The notes under the pieces are model-generated. The model saw only the letters and a program-made list of their open reading frames with translations, had not been told where the DNA came from and made no database searches. A stretch of 64,000 nucleotides of DNA, from IMG/VR virus record IMGVR_UViG_3300032431_000006, positions 1 through 64,000 of that record; one strand, 5' to 3'. The DNA comes from a virus. Shown one piece after another: positions 19,069 to 27,668 of this stretch. Numbering within the stretch: position 1 is the stretch's first letter; every line of letters starts with the position of its first letter. Both the position numbers and the translations under genes were made by a program.

Positions 19069-19141
19069 TGCTATAATACAGATAGCACCGCAAAGCTACT
19101 GACTTCCGGTGCATGAGCTAACCTACCTAAGAGGCTAACTA
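19069..19141 (+). promoter_or_regulatory. promoter TGcTATAAT plus conserved 5' leader L2
   Basis: GCACCGCAAAGCTACTGACTTCCGGTGCATGAGCTAACCTACCTAAGAGGCTAACTA-ATG. Confidence 0.7.
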
Positions 19142-19993
19142 ATGGCTATCATACCACACAATTTCAATGGCAAGGCGATCGGGCAAACATCTTCAGAGAC
19201 CGTGCTTAACGGCGTTAAAATCCCCAAAGGGTATGTCAATCTTAGTCAGATGTGCAAAGCAGGTGGCAAGAAGTTAAACGACTACTTAACGAAAGATAAG
19301 AAGCGCTTATCTTATTTTCACGCTGTCTTGAGAATTTTAGAGGCTGGAACCTATAGCCCGTCAGATGCGACTATACTCGCTTCTGACAACCATGCGGGTT
19401 GTAGCGATTGCCTAGCTTTTGGAATCACATCAGGGTTACTTATCAATCCGGGTAATGCCATCGGAGGTAAATCGGATTTATACGGACATCCACAAATCGC
19501 GATCTCGGTAGCAAGTTGGATTAGCTCGGAGTTTGAAGCGTGGGCGGGTTACACACTGCTATTAGTCCTCAGTGGGGAATTTAAGGCTCTTACCGATGAA
19601 GCTAAACAGGCAGAAAAGGAGCTACAGATAAGATGGGAAAAGATCCGATCGGCAACAATATTTACCCGCCGCGAACTTACCGACTCAATTAAAGCTTGGT
19701 ACGATCGCCCCGACACCCAGACGAATCTACCACTAGGAAAAATAATTGCCCAATGCACCAATCAACTCTATCTAGCCATGTGGGGAGTTACCGCAGCGCA
19801 AATCCGATCGCACTTCAATCTAACCAAAGATTCCCAATTGACCCGCGATTACCTCTCGGAACGCGCTTTAGACAAGCTAAAACTCCGTGAAGACTACGTG
19901 ATTGAGTTTATCGACTTTGAGGGTGCTATTCCCCACGAAAACGCCGTGCAGATGGCAAACATTGTCCGCTGCCGCGTTCACTTCACAGATTAA
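19142..19993 (+). CDS. KilA-N domain protein (paralog family B)
   Basis: N-terminus GYVNLSQMCKAGGKKLNDYL is KilA-N-like; C-terminus WYDRP...CTNQLYLAMWGVTAAQIRSHF is shared with 32607..33392; conserved leader upstream. Confidence 0.8.
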   Translation: MAIIPHNFNGKAIGQTSSETVLNGVKIPKGYVNLSQMCKAGGKKLNDYLTKDKKRLSYFHAVLRILEAGTYSPSDATILASDNHAGCSDCLAFGITSGLLINPGNAIGGKSDLYGHPQIAISVASWISSEFEAWAGYTLLLVLSGEFKALTDEAKQAEKELQIRWEKIRSATIFTRRELTDSIKAWYDRPDTQTNLPLGKIIAQCTNQLYLAMWGVTAAQIRSHFNLTKDSQLTRDYLSERALDKLKLREDYVIEFIDFEGAIPHENAVQMANIVRCRVHFTD

Positions 19994-20009
19994 TCCCACT
20001 GTTGGGAAT
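19988..20009. repeat. hairpin motif copy 13
   Basis: gattaatcccactgttgggaat; contains stop TAA 19991-19993. Confidence 0.85.
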
Positions 20010-20015
20010 ATTTGC

Positions 20016-20043
20016 AACCCGTCGCACTCAGACGGGTTTTTTG
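20016..20043 (+). terminator. rho-independent terminator
   Basis: ACCCGTCgcactcaGACGGGTTTTTTG. Confidence 0.8.
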
Positions 20044-20078
20044 TGGGGAATTGTTAGCTCAGACGGGCGATCGGGAAA

Positions 20079-20194
20079 GTCATACGAAAAAGTCATAATT
20101 TATATATATATATGCCTTCTATGACAAGCTTAAACCTATATACAGTAACGATTGCAGACATTGTAAAAACAGAGTGTCAAATTACCCCAATATT
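20079..20194 (+). repeat. composite element E4 (long tail variant, divergent head)
   Basis: GTCATACgaaaaaGTCATAAtttatatatatatatgccTTCTATGAC, plus a tail with an insert related to E3. Confidence 0.8.
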
Positions 20195-20414
20195 CCCATA
20201 ATCTGACTTCGGAGGCAGAGCAAATTAAGGGCGATCGGGTCATTCTCTGGCTGCATTTTAATAGGTTGCTACAGAAACAACCGGACTCTACCATTAACAG
20301 TTGGATGATATTTTTTATCAAAAATATTTTAAACATTTTGGCTTTTTGACTTTTGTTTTGTTTTGCTTTAATGTAGCTTCAGTATGTTAAATTTTCCTAG
20401 TTTTAAAAAATGCT

Positions 20415-20453
20415 CAGAGGGGGGGGTCTAGGGGGGTATGCTAGGGTAGCACT
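20415..20453 (+). repeat. G-run box 1
   Basis: TCAGAGGGGGGGGTCTAGGGGGGTATGCTAGGGTAGCAC. Confidence 0.8.
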
Positions 20454-20526
20454 TTTCAAGCTAAATCTAAAATGATTTATGATTCTAGCTTCAAAGTTTT
20501 ATAATCAAGATTAATTTTGATAAATC

Positions 20527-20568
20527 AAGAAAACTTTAAGAAACTTTAAGAAACTTTAAGAAACTTGC
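20527..20568 (+). repeat. 10-bp tandem repeat AAGAAACTTT, about 4 units
   Basis: Read directly, within an AT-rich segment. Confidence 0.85.
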
Positions 20569-20659
20569 AAAACTTCATTAAACAAAGTTTTGCTTTAAAA
20601 CTTTATTCATCATAATATTCAAACTTGCTTCTACTTTGAATTTGATATTAGGAAATAAT

Positions 20660-20697
20660 CTGAGGGGGGGGCTAGTGAGGGGGGGCTGGGTGCTACT
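20660..20697 (+). repeat. G-run box 2
   Basis: TCTGAGGGGGGGGCTAGTGAGGGGGGGCTGGGTGCTAC; paralogous to box 1. Confidence 0.8.
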
Positions 20698-20751
20698 ACT
20701 CTAAGTAAACTCAAAGCTAATTTTTTCTTGATGATAATATCTTGAAGCTTT

Positions 20752-20838
20752 CTTGATTTTAGATTTTAGATTTTAGATTTTAGATTTTAGATTTTAGATT
20801 TTAGATTTTAGATTTTGGATTTTGGATTTTGGATGTTC
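20752..20838 (+). repeat. 7-bp tandem repeat AGATTTT (about 8 units), then GGATTTT (3 units)
   Basis: Read directly. Confidence 0.9.
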
Positions 20839-20880
20839 AGATGTTTAAAAGTTTAAGAGTTTCTAGTTTCGATCGCCTCC

Positions 20881-21065
20881 CATACCTTACCTTACCTTAG
20901 CCATACCATACCTTACCTTACCTTAGCCATGCCATGCCATACCTTAGCCATGCCATACCTTAGCCATGCCATACCTTAGCCATGCCATACCTTAGCCATG
21001 CCATACCTTAGCCATGCCATACCTTAGCCATGCCATACCTTAGCCATGCCATGCCTTAGCCATGC
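20881..21065 (+). repeat. tandem repeat built from CCTTA/CCATA/CCATG; core 16-bp unit CCTTAGCCATGCCATA, about 7 units
   Basis: Read directly. Confidence 0.9.
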
Positions 21066-21173
21066 CTAGCGCGCGTGTAGTCTCGATCGCGCGCTATAGC
21101 CTACCTTCTAACCTTAGCTACCTTAGCCATGCCTAGCGCGCGTGTAGTCTCGATCGCGCGCTATAACCTACCT
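21054..21173 (+). repeat. two direct copies of about 53 bp, each with a GC-rich hairpin
   Basis: CCTTAGCCATGCCTAGCGCGCGtgtagtctcgatCGCGCGCTATA.CCTACCT at 21054-21107 and 21121-21173; the second abuts the stop of 21172..22128. Confidence 0.85.
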
Positions 21174-22128
21174 ATTGATAGTGTCTAACGCGCAAGAATG
21201 CCCAAGGCGTTGTTTCCCCTAAGCTACTCGATATGATTGCGCCGCTACTTAAGAATATTTGGGCGTTGTATACACGAGTGCTATTAATACTAAATGATGT
21301 CATTAGATGCGAGTAGATGCTAAGGCGATCGCTCCCTATAACTCCTGCATTGTCAGTACCTTTACCACTAGATCCTAAGTATCGAGTAGAACCTTGCAAT
21401 AATGACATCTGCACTAACTGGGTGTTAGTAGCTACGATATAGCCCTCGATCGAGTATTCCCCTGCACTTAACGTGAGATTGCGTGTAGCGCTGTTGTAGC
21501 TCACAACGTTGCTAGCATTGTTGAGTGTTTGAAGTAATGGCAAGTTAACCCAAACATCACCCGCGATCGAAGGTGATCCCGCGCTTGCTGCTAGTGTTGC
21601 TTGCAGTATAACATCTCGCATTCTAGTCCCCGTGCTGAGTTGTGGTGTAGCATAACTGATAACTGCACTAGGATCGCTGTATAGGTAATTGCTGGCACTC
21701 GCCGCCGCAGCGCCGATCGCGCTTAAATTCGAGTTAAACGCCTGATAAGTCGAGGGAGTGATAGAATCTAGCTTTGTATTGATCCCCGCAACTCTATTAG
21801 CCTCTGTTGTAGTTGTGCTAGTTAATGAAGTGATCCCCGACTCGACTGTTGATGCCTGAGTGTCAGCCGTTGCCGACTGGCTGCGTTCAGACTGTAGATT
21901 ATTCCTGAGTGCGATCGCCCCGTCTTTGAGACTTATCGCGTCTGCCAACTGTGTTAAGCGCGTCCCGATCGTCGCTTGTGTCGCTACGATCGCCTCTAAT
22001 TGTACGCTTATATCTAATGCCTGGTTCAGAAACCCTTGCGCGGGTACGTTTATCACGATCGCACTATTAGCGTCACCTGACTCGAATTTTCTAACTGGAT
22101 TGTTGCCTGCAATCGGTGTTAATGTCAT
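21172..22128 (-). CDS. fibre-like paralog (coiled-coil N-terminus, beta-rich C-terminus)
   Basis: 318 aa, Ser/Thr/Asn/Ala-rich; same architecture and C-terminal hydrophobic-R-hydrophobic ending (AFLRVRHYQ) as 48318..49304, 54315..55331 and the fibre 57305..59326. Confidence 0.65.
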   Translation of the reverse strand: MTLTPIAGNNPVRKFESGDANSAIVINVPAQGFLNQALDISVQLEAIVATQATIGTRLTQLADAISLKDGAIALRNNLQSERSQSATADTQASTVESGITSLTSTTTTEANRVAGINTKLDSITPSTYQAFNSNLSAIGAAAASASNYLYSDPSAVISYATPQLSTGTRMRDVILQATLAASAGSPSIAGDVWVNLPLLQTLNNASNVVSYNSATRNLTLSAGEYSIEGYIVATNTQLVQMSLLQGSTRYLGSSGKGTDNAGVIGSDRLSIYSHLMTSFSINSTRVYNAQIFLSSGAIISSSLGETTPWAFLRVRHYQ

Positions 22129-22155
22129 GACTGATCCCGCGTGTTTGTCCTCCTT

Positions 22156-22161
22156 ATTATA
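22156..22161 (-). promoter_or_regulatory. -10 TATAAT for 21172..22128
   Basis: Minus strand reads gtagtaTATAATaagg. Confidence 0.45.
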
Positions 22162-22192
22162 TACTACACTGCTAAATAGTTAATCCCGGATG

Positions 22193-22210
22193 GTTCCCAT
22201 TGTTGGGAAT
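22193..22210. repeat. hairpin motif copy 14
   Basis: gttcccattgttgggaat. Confidence 0.85.
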
Positions 22211-22252
22211 AGTGGGGCGATCGCTCGCCCGATTAAATCGAGGCGAACGCGC

Positions 22253-22738
22253 TTAAGCGTAATATTTGTTGTAGAACTCGGAGATGCGATTGTCAACTGT
22301 CAGGCATTCAAACTCACTGATAATATTTTTCAGCTTTTTCGCGATCGCGGGTAGAGTCTTAGCCGTTGCCATGTTGCGGTCGGCGTGGGCGCATTCATGA
22401 CGAATAATGAACTGATCCCCGTTGCCGATCACTTCCCAGCCGTAAATGTTGGCAACTTTTGCTAGACTAGCGCGTGTTACGGGTTCTTTCTTAGCTTTGG
22501 GTGCTTTGGCTGCTTTGGGGGCTTTAGGCGCGATCGAGGCTGTAGGGTAGCCATAATAAGCAGTCATAATCAAGTCGATTTTAAGAGCGCGGGTCGTTGC
22601 TTTAGAGCGTCCTTTAATTTCAGCACTCTTGAGGAACCAAGTCATGTCCTTGACAGACATAGACTCAACTACTGCGAGGTTTTGGGTGTAGTAGCTATCG
22701 ATCGGGCGGGCGGTTGTAGCGGTTGTTGTAGTTTTCAT
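22253..22738 (-). CDS. hypothetical protein with Lys/Ala/Pro linker
   Basis: Start moved to ATG 22738 (MKTTTT) because the track N-terminus MMVYYNKN is the translated TGGTATACTATAA promoter. Confidence 0.6.
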   Translation of the reverse strand: MKTTTTATTARPIDSYYTQNLAVVESMSVKDMTWFLKSAEIKGRSKATTRALKIDLIMTAYYGYPTASIAPKAPKAAKAPKAKKEPVTRASLAKVANIYGWEVIGNGDQFIIRHECAHADRNMATAKTLPAIAKKLKNIISEFECLTVDNRISEFYNKYYA

Positions 22739-22773
22739 GGTCTTTGTTTCCTTTGTCTCTGTGTTCTTATTAT

Positions 22774-22782
22774 AGTATACCA
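22774..22782 (-). promoter_or_regulatory. promoter (TGGTATACT)
   Basis: Minus strand reads TGATGGTATACTATAATAAGAACA. Confidence 0.65.
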
Positions 22783-22826
22783 TCAATCTCAGGGAATACC
22801 GGAAAGTTTTAAAACTATTTTCCGGT

Positions 22827-22845
22827 ATTCCCAGTGTTGGGATTA
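22827..22845. repeat. hairpin motif copy 15
   Basis: attcccagtgttgggatta; contains the minus-strand stop 22843-22845. Confidence 0.9.
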
Positions 22846-23808
22846 TTTGGGCATAGTCTTAATCAGAGAGGAATAGAACAGCGGCGGGACGCTATACCCA
22901 AACCCAGCCCCTACAAACCGCGCTGTGTTTGGGTATCGGAAGGTATCGGGAAAGCCGGACAGCCGTGCGTGAGCTTCTAAATTGAAATTAAGCCAATCCC
23001 CGCTAGCAGGGAAATAGAGGCATGATATTTTCGATCGCCCGTTTTCAGCACCGTCTCTAAATTTGGATTTAATCAAGGTCGGTATCAATTCCGATCGCCC
23101 GCGCGCTTTGGGTTTCTCGCCGCAAGTCACCCGCTCTACATAGAGAGGGCTTTTAAGCTGATCCGGATTGCGCGCTTGCCAATCGAGTACAGCTTGCCTT
23201 TGCCGCGGTGTAGGGACGATCGGGGCAAACGCGGGTATCAAATCTTCGACTACCTCATACCAGTCACGGCTAGCAGGCTGTATGGGTGACTCCCAGTTGC
23301 CATGCAGCGCAGCCGTGACGATAAGCCGGACGCGCGACTGTCCAAACGGTGATCCGACATTTAAGACTGTGCTATTGACTGTGTAGCCAAGCGCGATCGC
23401 CCGCGCTTTCATATAATCAAACTCAGGTGATTTTCTATACATAGGAACCTGTTCTAGTGTGAAGCACCGAGGCATCCCGATCTCGATCGCGTCCATAGAT
23501 GCCCGGATCATGGCTTGATTCTCATTTCTAGGCGCGCCCGACGTGGCTGCTGAGTAGTCTGCACAAACAGGGGATATGTGCGCTATTTGGGCATTGCGAG
23601 GCAAACCAGGGCATCCCCAATCCGCAAATTCTTGCACGGTCTCTAACCGGGTTCCTTGCCAGCCGTTCATCAGATGAATTTTAATAAAAGCCTCGGAGAG
23701 TTTGGGGTCGCGGGGATCGAACTCGACACCCAACACAGGTTTAATACCCGCTAAGGTCATCCCACATTTAACGCCGCCTATGCCTGAAAACAAATCCCAT
23801 CCAATCAT
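22843..23808 (-). CDS. DNA (cytosine-5) methyltransferase
   Basis: DLFSGIGG (motif I), ISPVCADYS (PC motif), LEQVP (ENV-like), GAGFGYSVPP (motif X-like); AAGGAA before ATG 23808. Confidence 0.85.
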   Translation of the reverse strand: MIGWDLFSGIGGVKCGMTLAGIKPVLGVEFDPRDPKLSEAFIKIHLMNGWQGTRLETVQEFADWGCPGLPRNAQIAHISPVCADYSAATSGAPRNENQAMIRASMDAIEIGMPRCFTLEQVPMYRKSPEFDYMKARAIALGYTVNSTVLNVGSPFGQSRVRLIVTAALHGNWESPIQPASRDWYEVVEDLIPAFAPIVPTPRQRQAVLDWQARNPDQLKSPLYVERVTCGEKPKARGRSELIPTLIKSKFRDGAENGRSKISCLYFPASGDWLNFNLEAHARLSGFPDTFRYPNTARFVGAGFGYSVPPLFYSSLIKTMPK

Positions 23809-23824
23809 TGCGATTCCTTTAAAA

Positions 23825-23856
23825 AAAAACAAAGGCGATCGAGCGATCGCCTATCA
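23825..23856 (-). terminator. rho-independent terminator
   Basis: Minus strand reads AGGCGATCGctcGATCGCCTTTGTTTTTTTTT. Confidence 0.75.
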
Positions 23857-23917
23857 AAGTAAGCTCTAATTAGCCAATTTCCAGTCGGTGATATTCAGTT
23901 GCCGACGTGCCAGGGGC

Positions 23918-23943
23918 GATTCCCATTGTTGGGAATTAATCCC
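23918..23943. repeat. hairpin motif copy 16
   Basis: gattcccattgttgggaattaatccc. Confidence 0.85.
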
Positions 23944-23978
23944 GATCGCTTCGATTTAATCGCCTCGATTTAATCGCG

Positions 23979-24398
23979 TTAATAGCGCTGCAATCTGCGG
24001 CTATAGTAGCAATTCGCGATAATTCTCACGATATAACCTTTACTTTCAAGTTGCGCGATAACCTCGCCCAGAGAATTCTCAAAAATACTCAATATGATGG
24101 TAGTAATATCCCGATCGTGAGTGCGAGAGCGGCAACCTATGCCCTCGATCGTGATAGCGTCATCGACAGTTATCGCCGTGCTGCCGTAACAATGATATTG
24201 ATTCATCCCCGCACTCTCCGACTCTGTAGTTACCAGGTAGATTTCATTGCTAGCGGCGGCGCGTTGTGCTGTTAACCAGCGCTTCTCATGCACTTTTATA
24301 GAGTGCGCTACTAAATCCATCGCTTTGTCTGCATTTGTTTTCTTTTCAGTATCATCCGAGAATTGCTCAAAAGTGACGCGGGCATTGTTAGGTTTCAT
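23979..24398 (-). CDS. hypothetical protein
   Basis: 139 aa; own TGGTATACT promoter and a downstream terminator; C-terminal LESKGYIVRII resembles 46754..47161. Confidence 0.6.
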   Translation of the reverse strand: MKPNNARVTFEQFSDDTEKKTNADKAMDLVAHSIKVHEKRWLTAQRAAASNEIYLVTTESESAGMNQYHCYGSTAITVDDAITIEGIGCRSRTHDRDITTIILSIFENSLGEVIAQLESKGYIVRIIANCYYSRRLQRY

Positions 24399-24438
24399 CG
24401 TGTTTCTCTCTCTTGTGTTGTTTTTTCTGTCTTATTAT

Positions 24439-24447
24439 AGTATACCA
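24439..24447 (-). promoter_or_regulatory. promoter (TGGTATACT)
   Basis: Minus strand reads AGTATGGTATACTATAATAAGACA. Confidence 0.65.
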
Positions 24448-24513
24448 TACTATCTCAGAGAATCCGTAAGGTTTTGAAAAGATTTCTGTAGGGCGATCGG
24501 GCGATCGGCCCAC

Positions 24514-24536
24514 AATTCCCAACACTGGGATTAATC
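24514..24536. repeat. hairpin motif copy 17
   Basis: aattcccaacactgggattaatc; contains the minus-strand stop 24531-24533. Confidence 0.9.
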
Positions 24537-25256
24537 TGTCAAGTTGTCAAAGTAGGCTTCGATCGCCAAATCCAAGTCCTCATTAACTAAGTAGACATTT
24601 ATTTTCCGAATAGTTCCATTGCAGAGTCGGTCTTCTCTCTTTTTGTTTAGGTCTAGTTTGGCGATCGCCATGCCCAAACTGACTCGCTTCTCTACTACCA
24701 GTCCTACGGGATAACCTAACTGCTCAGCACGTTCAGCAACACCACACCAACCCTCGCTATTTTCAGCTTTGAGCGCGGGTTGACCGACTCCTAGCATATC
24801 TAGCGCTAAATCCTGCAAACCCTGCTGAAATCGCGGGTTAGTTAGGTCTATCTTGAGGCGATCGAGCGCGGTTATCAGATTATTTAACCGGATGTCAGAG
24901 GGCGGTAGTTGGGGTTGCTGCGGGGCGATCGAGACAGTCCCGGTCGTCATCAGGGCTTTAATTTGCTGCGATACCCAAACTCGGAATTTGACATTGCACC
25001 ACGCCGCAAAGTCGATCGCCACTTCCTCAATTGCCCACGTCCCCTGACTAGCGGGGATGCCGCCTTGCACGGTTTCCGTTACGGGAAATCCCGTAACGCT
25101 CTCCATCTCTGCTAAAAACTCAACAGTAGCGCCAAGCCTGGTATAGTCATTAACTTTTTTTCCCGTCGCCTTAGCCATATCAGAAAGCGAAACCCACACC
25201 CGATCGCCCCGCTTCTCAAACCGGATCTTCTTACCACCAAAATCTAAATCTGTCAT
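24531..25256 (-). CDS. KilA-N domain protein (paralog family C)
   Basis: DFGGKKIRFEKRGDRVWVSLSDMAKATGKKVNDY...GTWAIEEVAIDFAAWCNVKFRVWV is KilA-N-like; stop TAA lies in the hairpin motif. Confidence 0.8.
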   Translation of the reverse strand: MTDLDFGGKKIRFEKRGDRVWVSLSDMAKATGKKVNDYTRLGATVEFLAEMESVTGFPVTETVQGGIPASQGTWAIEEVAIDFAAWCNVKFRVWVSQQIKALMTTGTVSIAPQQPQLPPSDIRLNNLITALDRLKIDLTNPRFQQGLQDLALDMLGVGQPALKAENSEGWCGVAERAEQLGYPVGLVVEKRVSLGMAIAKLDLNKKREDRLCNGTIRKINVYLVNEDLDLAIEAYFDNLTD

Positions 25257-25282
25257 AATCTCACTCGCTAAACTATCTCTAT

Positions 25283-25291
25283 ACTATACCA
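25283..25291 (-). promoter_or_regulatory. promoter (TGGTATAGT)
   Basis: Minus strand reads AGTATGGTATAGTATAGAG. Confidence 0.65.
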
Positions 25292-25344
25292 TACTCTCCC
25301 ATAAAATCCGTAAAGTTTTGAAAAGATTTTTAGGCGCGATCGCC

Positions 25345-25866
25345 CTACAATCCGATCGCCAGTTTTGCCTCAAGTGCGGCGGTGGCAAGGGCTGTATTCG
25401 CGTCGATCGCCTCTTTGAGTGACCCGAACCCTTGCGTCGCTAGCACTGCATAAATATGCTTGCAGGCGGGTGCTTTGAATGCCTCAGACAACATTTTAAA
25501 ATCCGTACAGCCACAAGTGTATTTGAGTAAACCTTTGGGAGCAACACTCAAAATCAGATAGGATTTTGTGTACTCAGCGGGGGGTTCTTGCGCGATCGGA
25601 CTTACTCTGTAAGTTTGACTGTCTGTTTTAACGACTGTGTAGTTGGTCGCCGCTTGTTTGCGGAAATTCGCGAAGTGCTTATCAAACAAAGATTTTTTGT
25701 AGAGGCGGGGGCTTCTACCTTTGATTAGAATCCAGAAGCCAGACCACCAAACCATAGTCCGTATGACGCGTTTGATAGTGACTCCCAGCAAGCGGGCGAT
25801 CGCTTCTTTAGTATAGATGAGAGCGTTCTGTAAATCTTTGCGGTTGGGCTTTAGTGTAGTTTTCAT
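25345..25866 (-). CDS. SWIM zinc-finger protein
   Basis: CGCTDFK...ACKH matches the CxC..CxH SWIM pattern. Start moved to ATG 25866 because the track N-terminus overlaps the helicase gene and translates the promoter (MVYYNKN). Confidence 0.65.
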   Translation of the reverse strand: MKTTLKPNRKDLQNALIYTKEAIARLLGVTIKRVIRTMVWWSGFWILIKGRSPRLYKKSLFDKHFANFRKQAATNYTVVKTDSQTYRVSPIAQEPPAEYTKSYLILSVAPKGLLKYTCGCTDFKMLSEAFKAPACKHIYAVLATQGFGSLKEAIDANTALATAALEAKLAIGL

Positions 25867-25904
25867 TGTGTTTATTTTCTCTGTTGTTTTGTTGTTCTTA
25901 TTAT

Positions 25905-25913
25905 AGTATACCA
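25905..25913 (-). promoter_or_regulatory. promoter (TGGTATACT)
   Basis: Minus strand reads AGTATGGTATACTATAATAAGAACA. Confidence 0.65.
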
Positions 25914-25974
25914 TACTTTTGAGGGAATCCCGGACAATCTCAAAACTATTTTTCGGGGCGGGCGATCGCCCCAC

Positions 25975-25998
25975 AATTCCCAACACTGGGATTAATCC
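25975..25998. repeat. hairpin motif copy 18
   Basis: aattcccaacactgggattaatcc. Confidence 0.9.
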
Positions 25999-26002
25999 GG
26001 CA

Positions 26003-27451
26003 TTAGAGAGGTAGTGCAAGCTGCCGCGATCGCCAATCGGCATTCAGCCTCAGCCCCTCAGTCAGTAGCCAGCCTTCGATTTCCGGTGATGGTCTGAAAT
26101 TTTGCCGCCATAGGATCGGGGGTGTATACCTGTAACGATTGTAAAATTCAACTCTGGCCGCTTGCGGGCGATCGCCCCGCTCAAAAGCCTCTAAAAGCAA
26201 TTCCTCATATATCGCCTTATGCTCTCTCTCATCACTATTAAGCAGCGCAAACACGTTACCCTCTGGGATGACAGTCCGGCGCTTTTTAATCTCAAACTCG
26301 CAGCCACAACGACAAAACCGCGCGCTAATATATGATTTGATGTCGCATTCTTCTCTCATACATGATTTCATCGGTACATCGCCTAACTGAATATCCGGCA
26401 ACTCTATGTCACTCGCAGTATATTCTAATTCCTCTACCCGACCGTGGCGTTCTACACAGCCAGTCAGATCGTATATATTAGCGTGAGTTTTTTTGGTTCC
26501 ATCTTTGTAGATAGCAGGTCTCAATACCCGACCTATACACTGCACATAACTACTGTGAGAATCCGGATCTATTGCCAATATTAAATTAGTGGCGATCGGT
26601 AGATCGATCCCTTCTCTGAGTACACAGCAATTTACTATTACAGGCAAGGTCTCAGCATTGAATTGTGCAAAGATGTCGCGCCGATCGTCCGTTGAGGTAC
26701 TACCCGTGACAACACGCGCTTTTATGCCCTCATCATTGAATCTCATAGCCATCATTATCGCTTTGGGTACACTAGGTGCAAACACGATCGTAGGGCGGCG
26801 ATCGGTTAACTTATAGGTTGCCAGAACGTAACCCGGATCAAATACCATCTTTCTTGTGACGGCATTAGGGCATACACCATAACTCGGTCGCACCAAATAC
26901 CCCATCCGGATTAGTTCTGCAATATTAGGTGCAAATACTATATTGTCAGGCAAGAATAACTCACCTAAGCTAGTGTGTTTGTCCGATCGCCGCGGTGTCG
27001 CCGTCACGCCGATCGTCCTATTTTTGTGCAACCAATAGTCGCTAACAGTAGGTATCCATCCCTTCACAGACTCAGGAAAAGCGCTCAAATGTGCCTCATC
27101 TAGTACCGTATAGTCCGGCTTTAGCCAGCTTATATCCCGCGATGCCATACTTTGATAAGTTGCCACCTGGACTCTTGCGCGCTTCGACTCTGGGAAATTT
27201 CCGGCGATCGCACCCGCATCAATCTCCCAGTCCGCTAACTCATCCATTGCCTGCACTACTAAACTTTTCCGAGGTACAATGACCAGGAATTTGTGCGCCC
27301 GATCGCGCTTTGATAATACTTTTATCAATTTGCACCACATCGCCGTCTTCCCTGATCCCGTAGGACTAATCAAAAGCGGATCTTGCCCACTGTCCAAAAT
27401 GCCTAAGATTTTATTAACACAATCTAACTGAAAAGACCTCATCCGTTTCAT
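26003..27451 (-). CDS. superfamily 2 DEAD/DEAH-box helicase
   Basis: SPTGSGKT Walker A, VLDEAH DEAH box, TATP and later helicase C-terminal blocks. Confidence 0.9.
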   Translation of the reverse strand: MKRMRSFQLDCVNKILGILDSGQDPLLISPTGSGKTAMWCKLIKVLSKRDRAHKFLVIVPRKSLVVQAMDELADWEIDAGAIAGNFPESKRARVQVATYQSMASRDISWLKPDYTVLDEAHLSAFPESVKGWIPTVSDYWLHKNRTIGVTATPRRSDKHTSLGELFLPDNIVFAPNIAELIRMGYLVRPSYGVCPNAVTRKMVFDPGYVLATYKLTDRRPTIVFAPSVPKAIMMAMRFNDEGIKARVVTGSTSTDDRRDIFAQFNAETLPVIVNCCVLREGIDLPIATNLILAIDPDSHSSYVQCIGRVLRPAIYKDGTKKTHANIYDLTGCVERHGRVEELEYTASDIELPDIQLGDVPMKSCMREECDIKSYISARFCRCGCEFEIKKRRTVIPEGNVFALLNSDEREHKAIYEELLLEAFERGDRPQAARVEFYNRYRYTPPILWRQNFRPSPEIEGWLLTEGLRLNADWRSRQLALPL

Positions 27452-27491
27452 ACCCTTTTCTCCCTTTTTAATCTCTCTACTATCTTAACAT

Positions 27492-27500
27492 ATTATACCA
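27492..27500 (-). promoter_or_regulatory. promoter (TGGTATAAT)
   Basis: Upstream of the SF2 helicase gene. Confidence 0.6.
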
Positions 27501-27542
27501 TTTATTGCAAGCGATCCCGGATAATTCTAAAGTAGTATTTAT

Positions 27543-27616
27543 GTAACACGTTTATACTACATACGATTAATCCCAGTGTTGGGAATATCTCATGCCCGTT
27601 AGTCTAAACGTGTTAC
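27543..27616. repeat. 12-bp inverted repeat enclosing hairpin-motif copy 19
   Basis: GTAACACGTTTA (27543-27554) and TAAACGTGTTAC (27605-27616). Confidence 0.8.
27565..27587. repeat. hairpin motif copy 19
   Basis: gattaatcccagtgttgggaata; enclosed by a 12-bp inverted repeat. Confidence 0.9.
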
Positions 27617-27621
27617 AAACC

Positions 27622-27639
27622 GTAGTACGTGTGTACTAC
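27622..27639. repeat. hairpin with GTGT loop
   Basis: GTAGTAC-gtgt-GTACTAC. Confidence 0.75.
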
Positions 27640-27643
27640 AAAA

Positions 27644-27668
27644 GGATTAATCCCAGTGTTGGGAATTA
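27644..27668. repeat. hairpin motif copy 20
   Basis: ggattaatcccagtgttgggaatta. Confidence 0.9.

Noticed and set aside
20752-21065. Possible CRISPR array in the tandem-repeat region
   Set aside because: The units are 7 bp and about 16 bp, directly abutting with no unique spacers. No cas genes or leader are present. This is simple tandem satellite-type repetition.
22739-22786. N-terminal extensions beginning MVYYNKN or similar (also 25867-26043, 51078-51125, 51725-51775, 33513-33563, 39697-39750)
   Set aside because: These residues are the translation of the conserved promoter TATGGTATACTATAATAAGAAC or its variants. Downstream ATGs with better context give the real starts.
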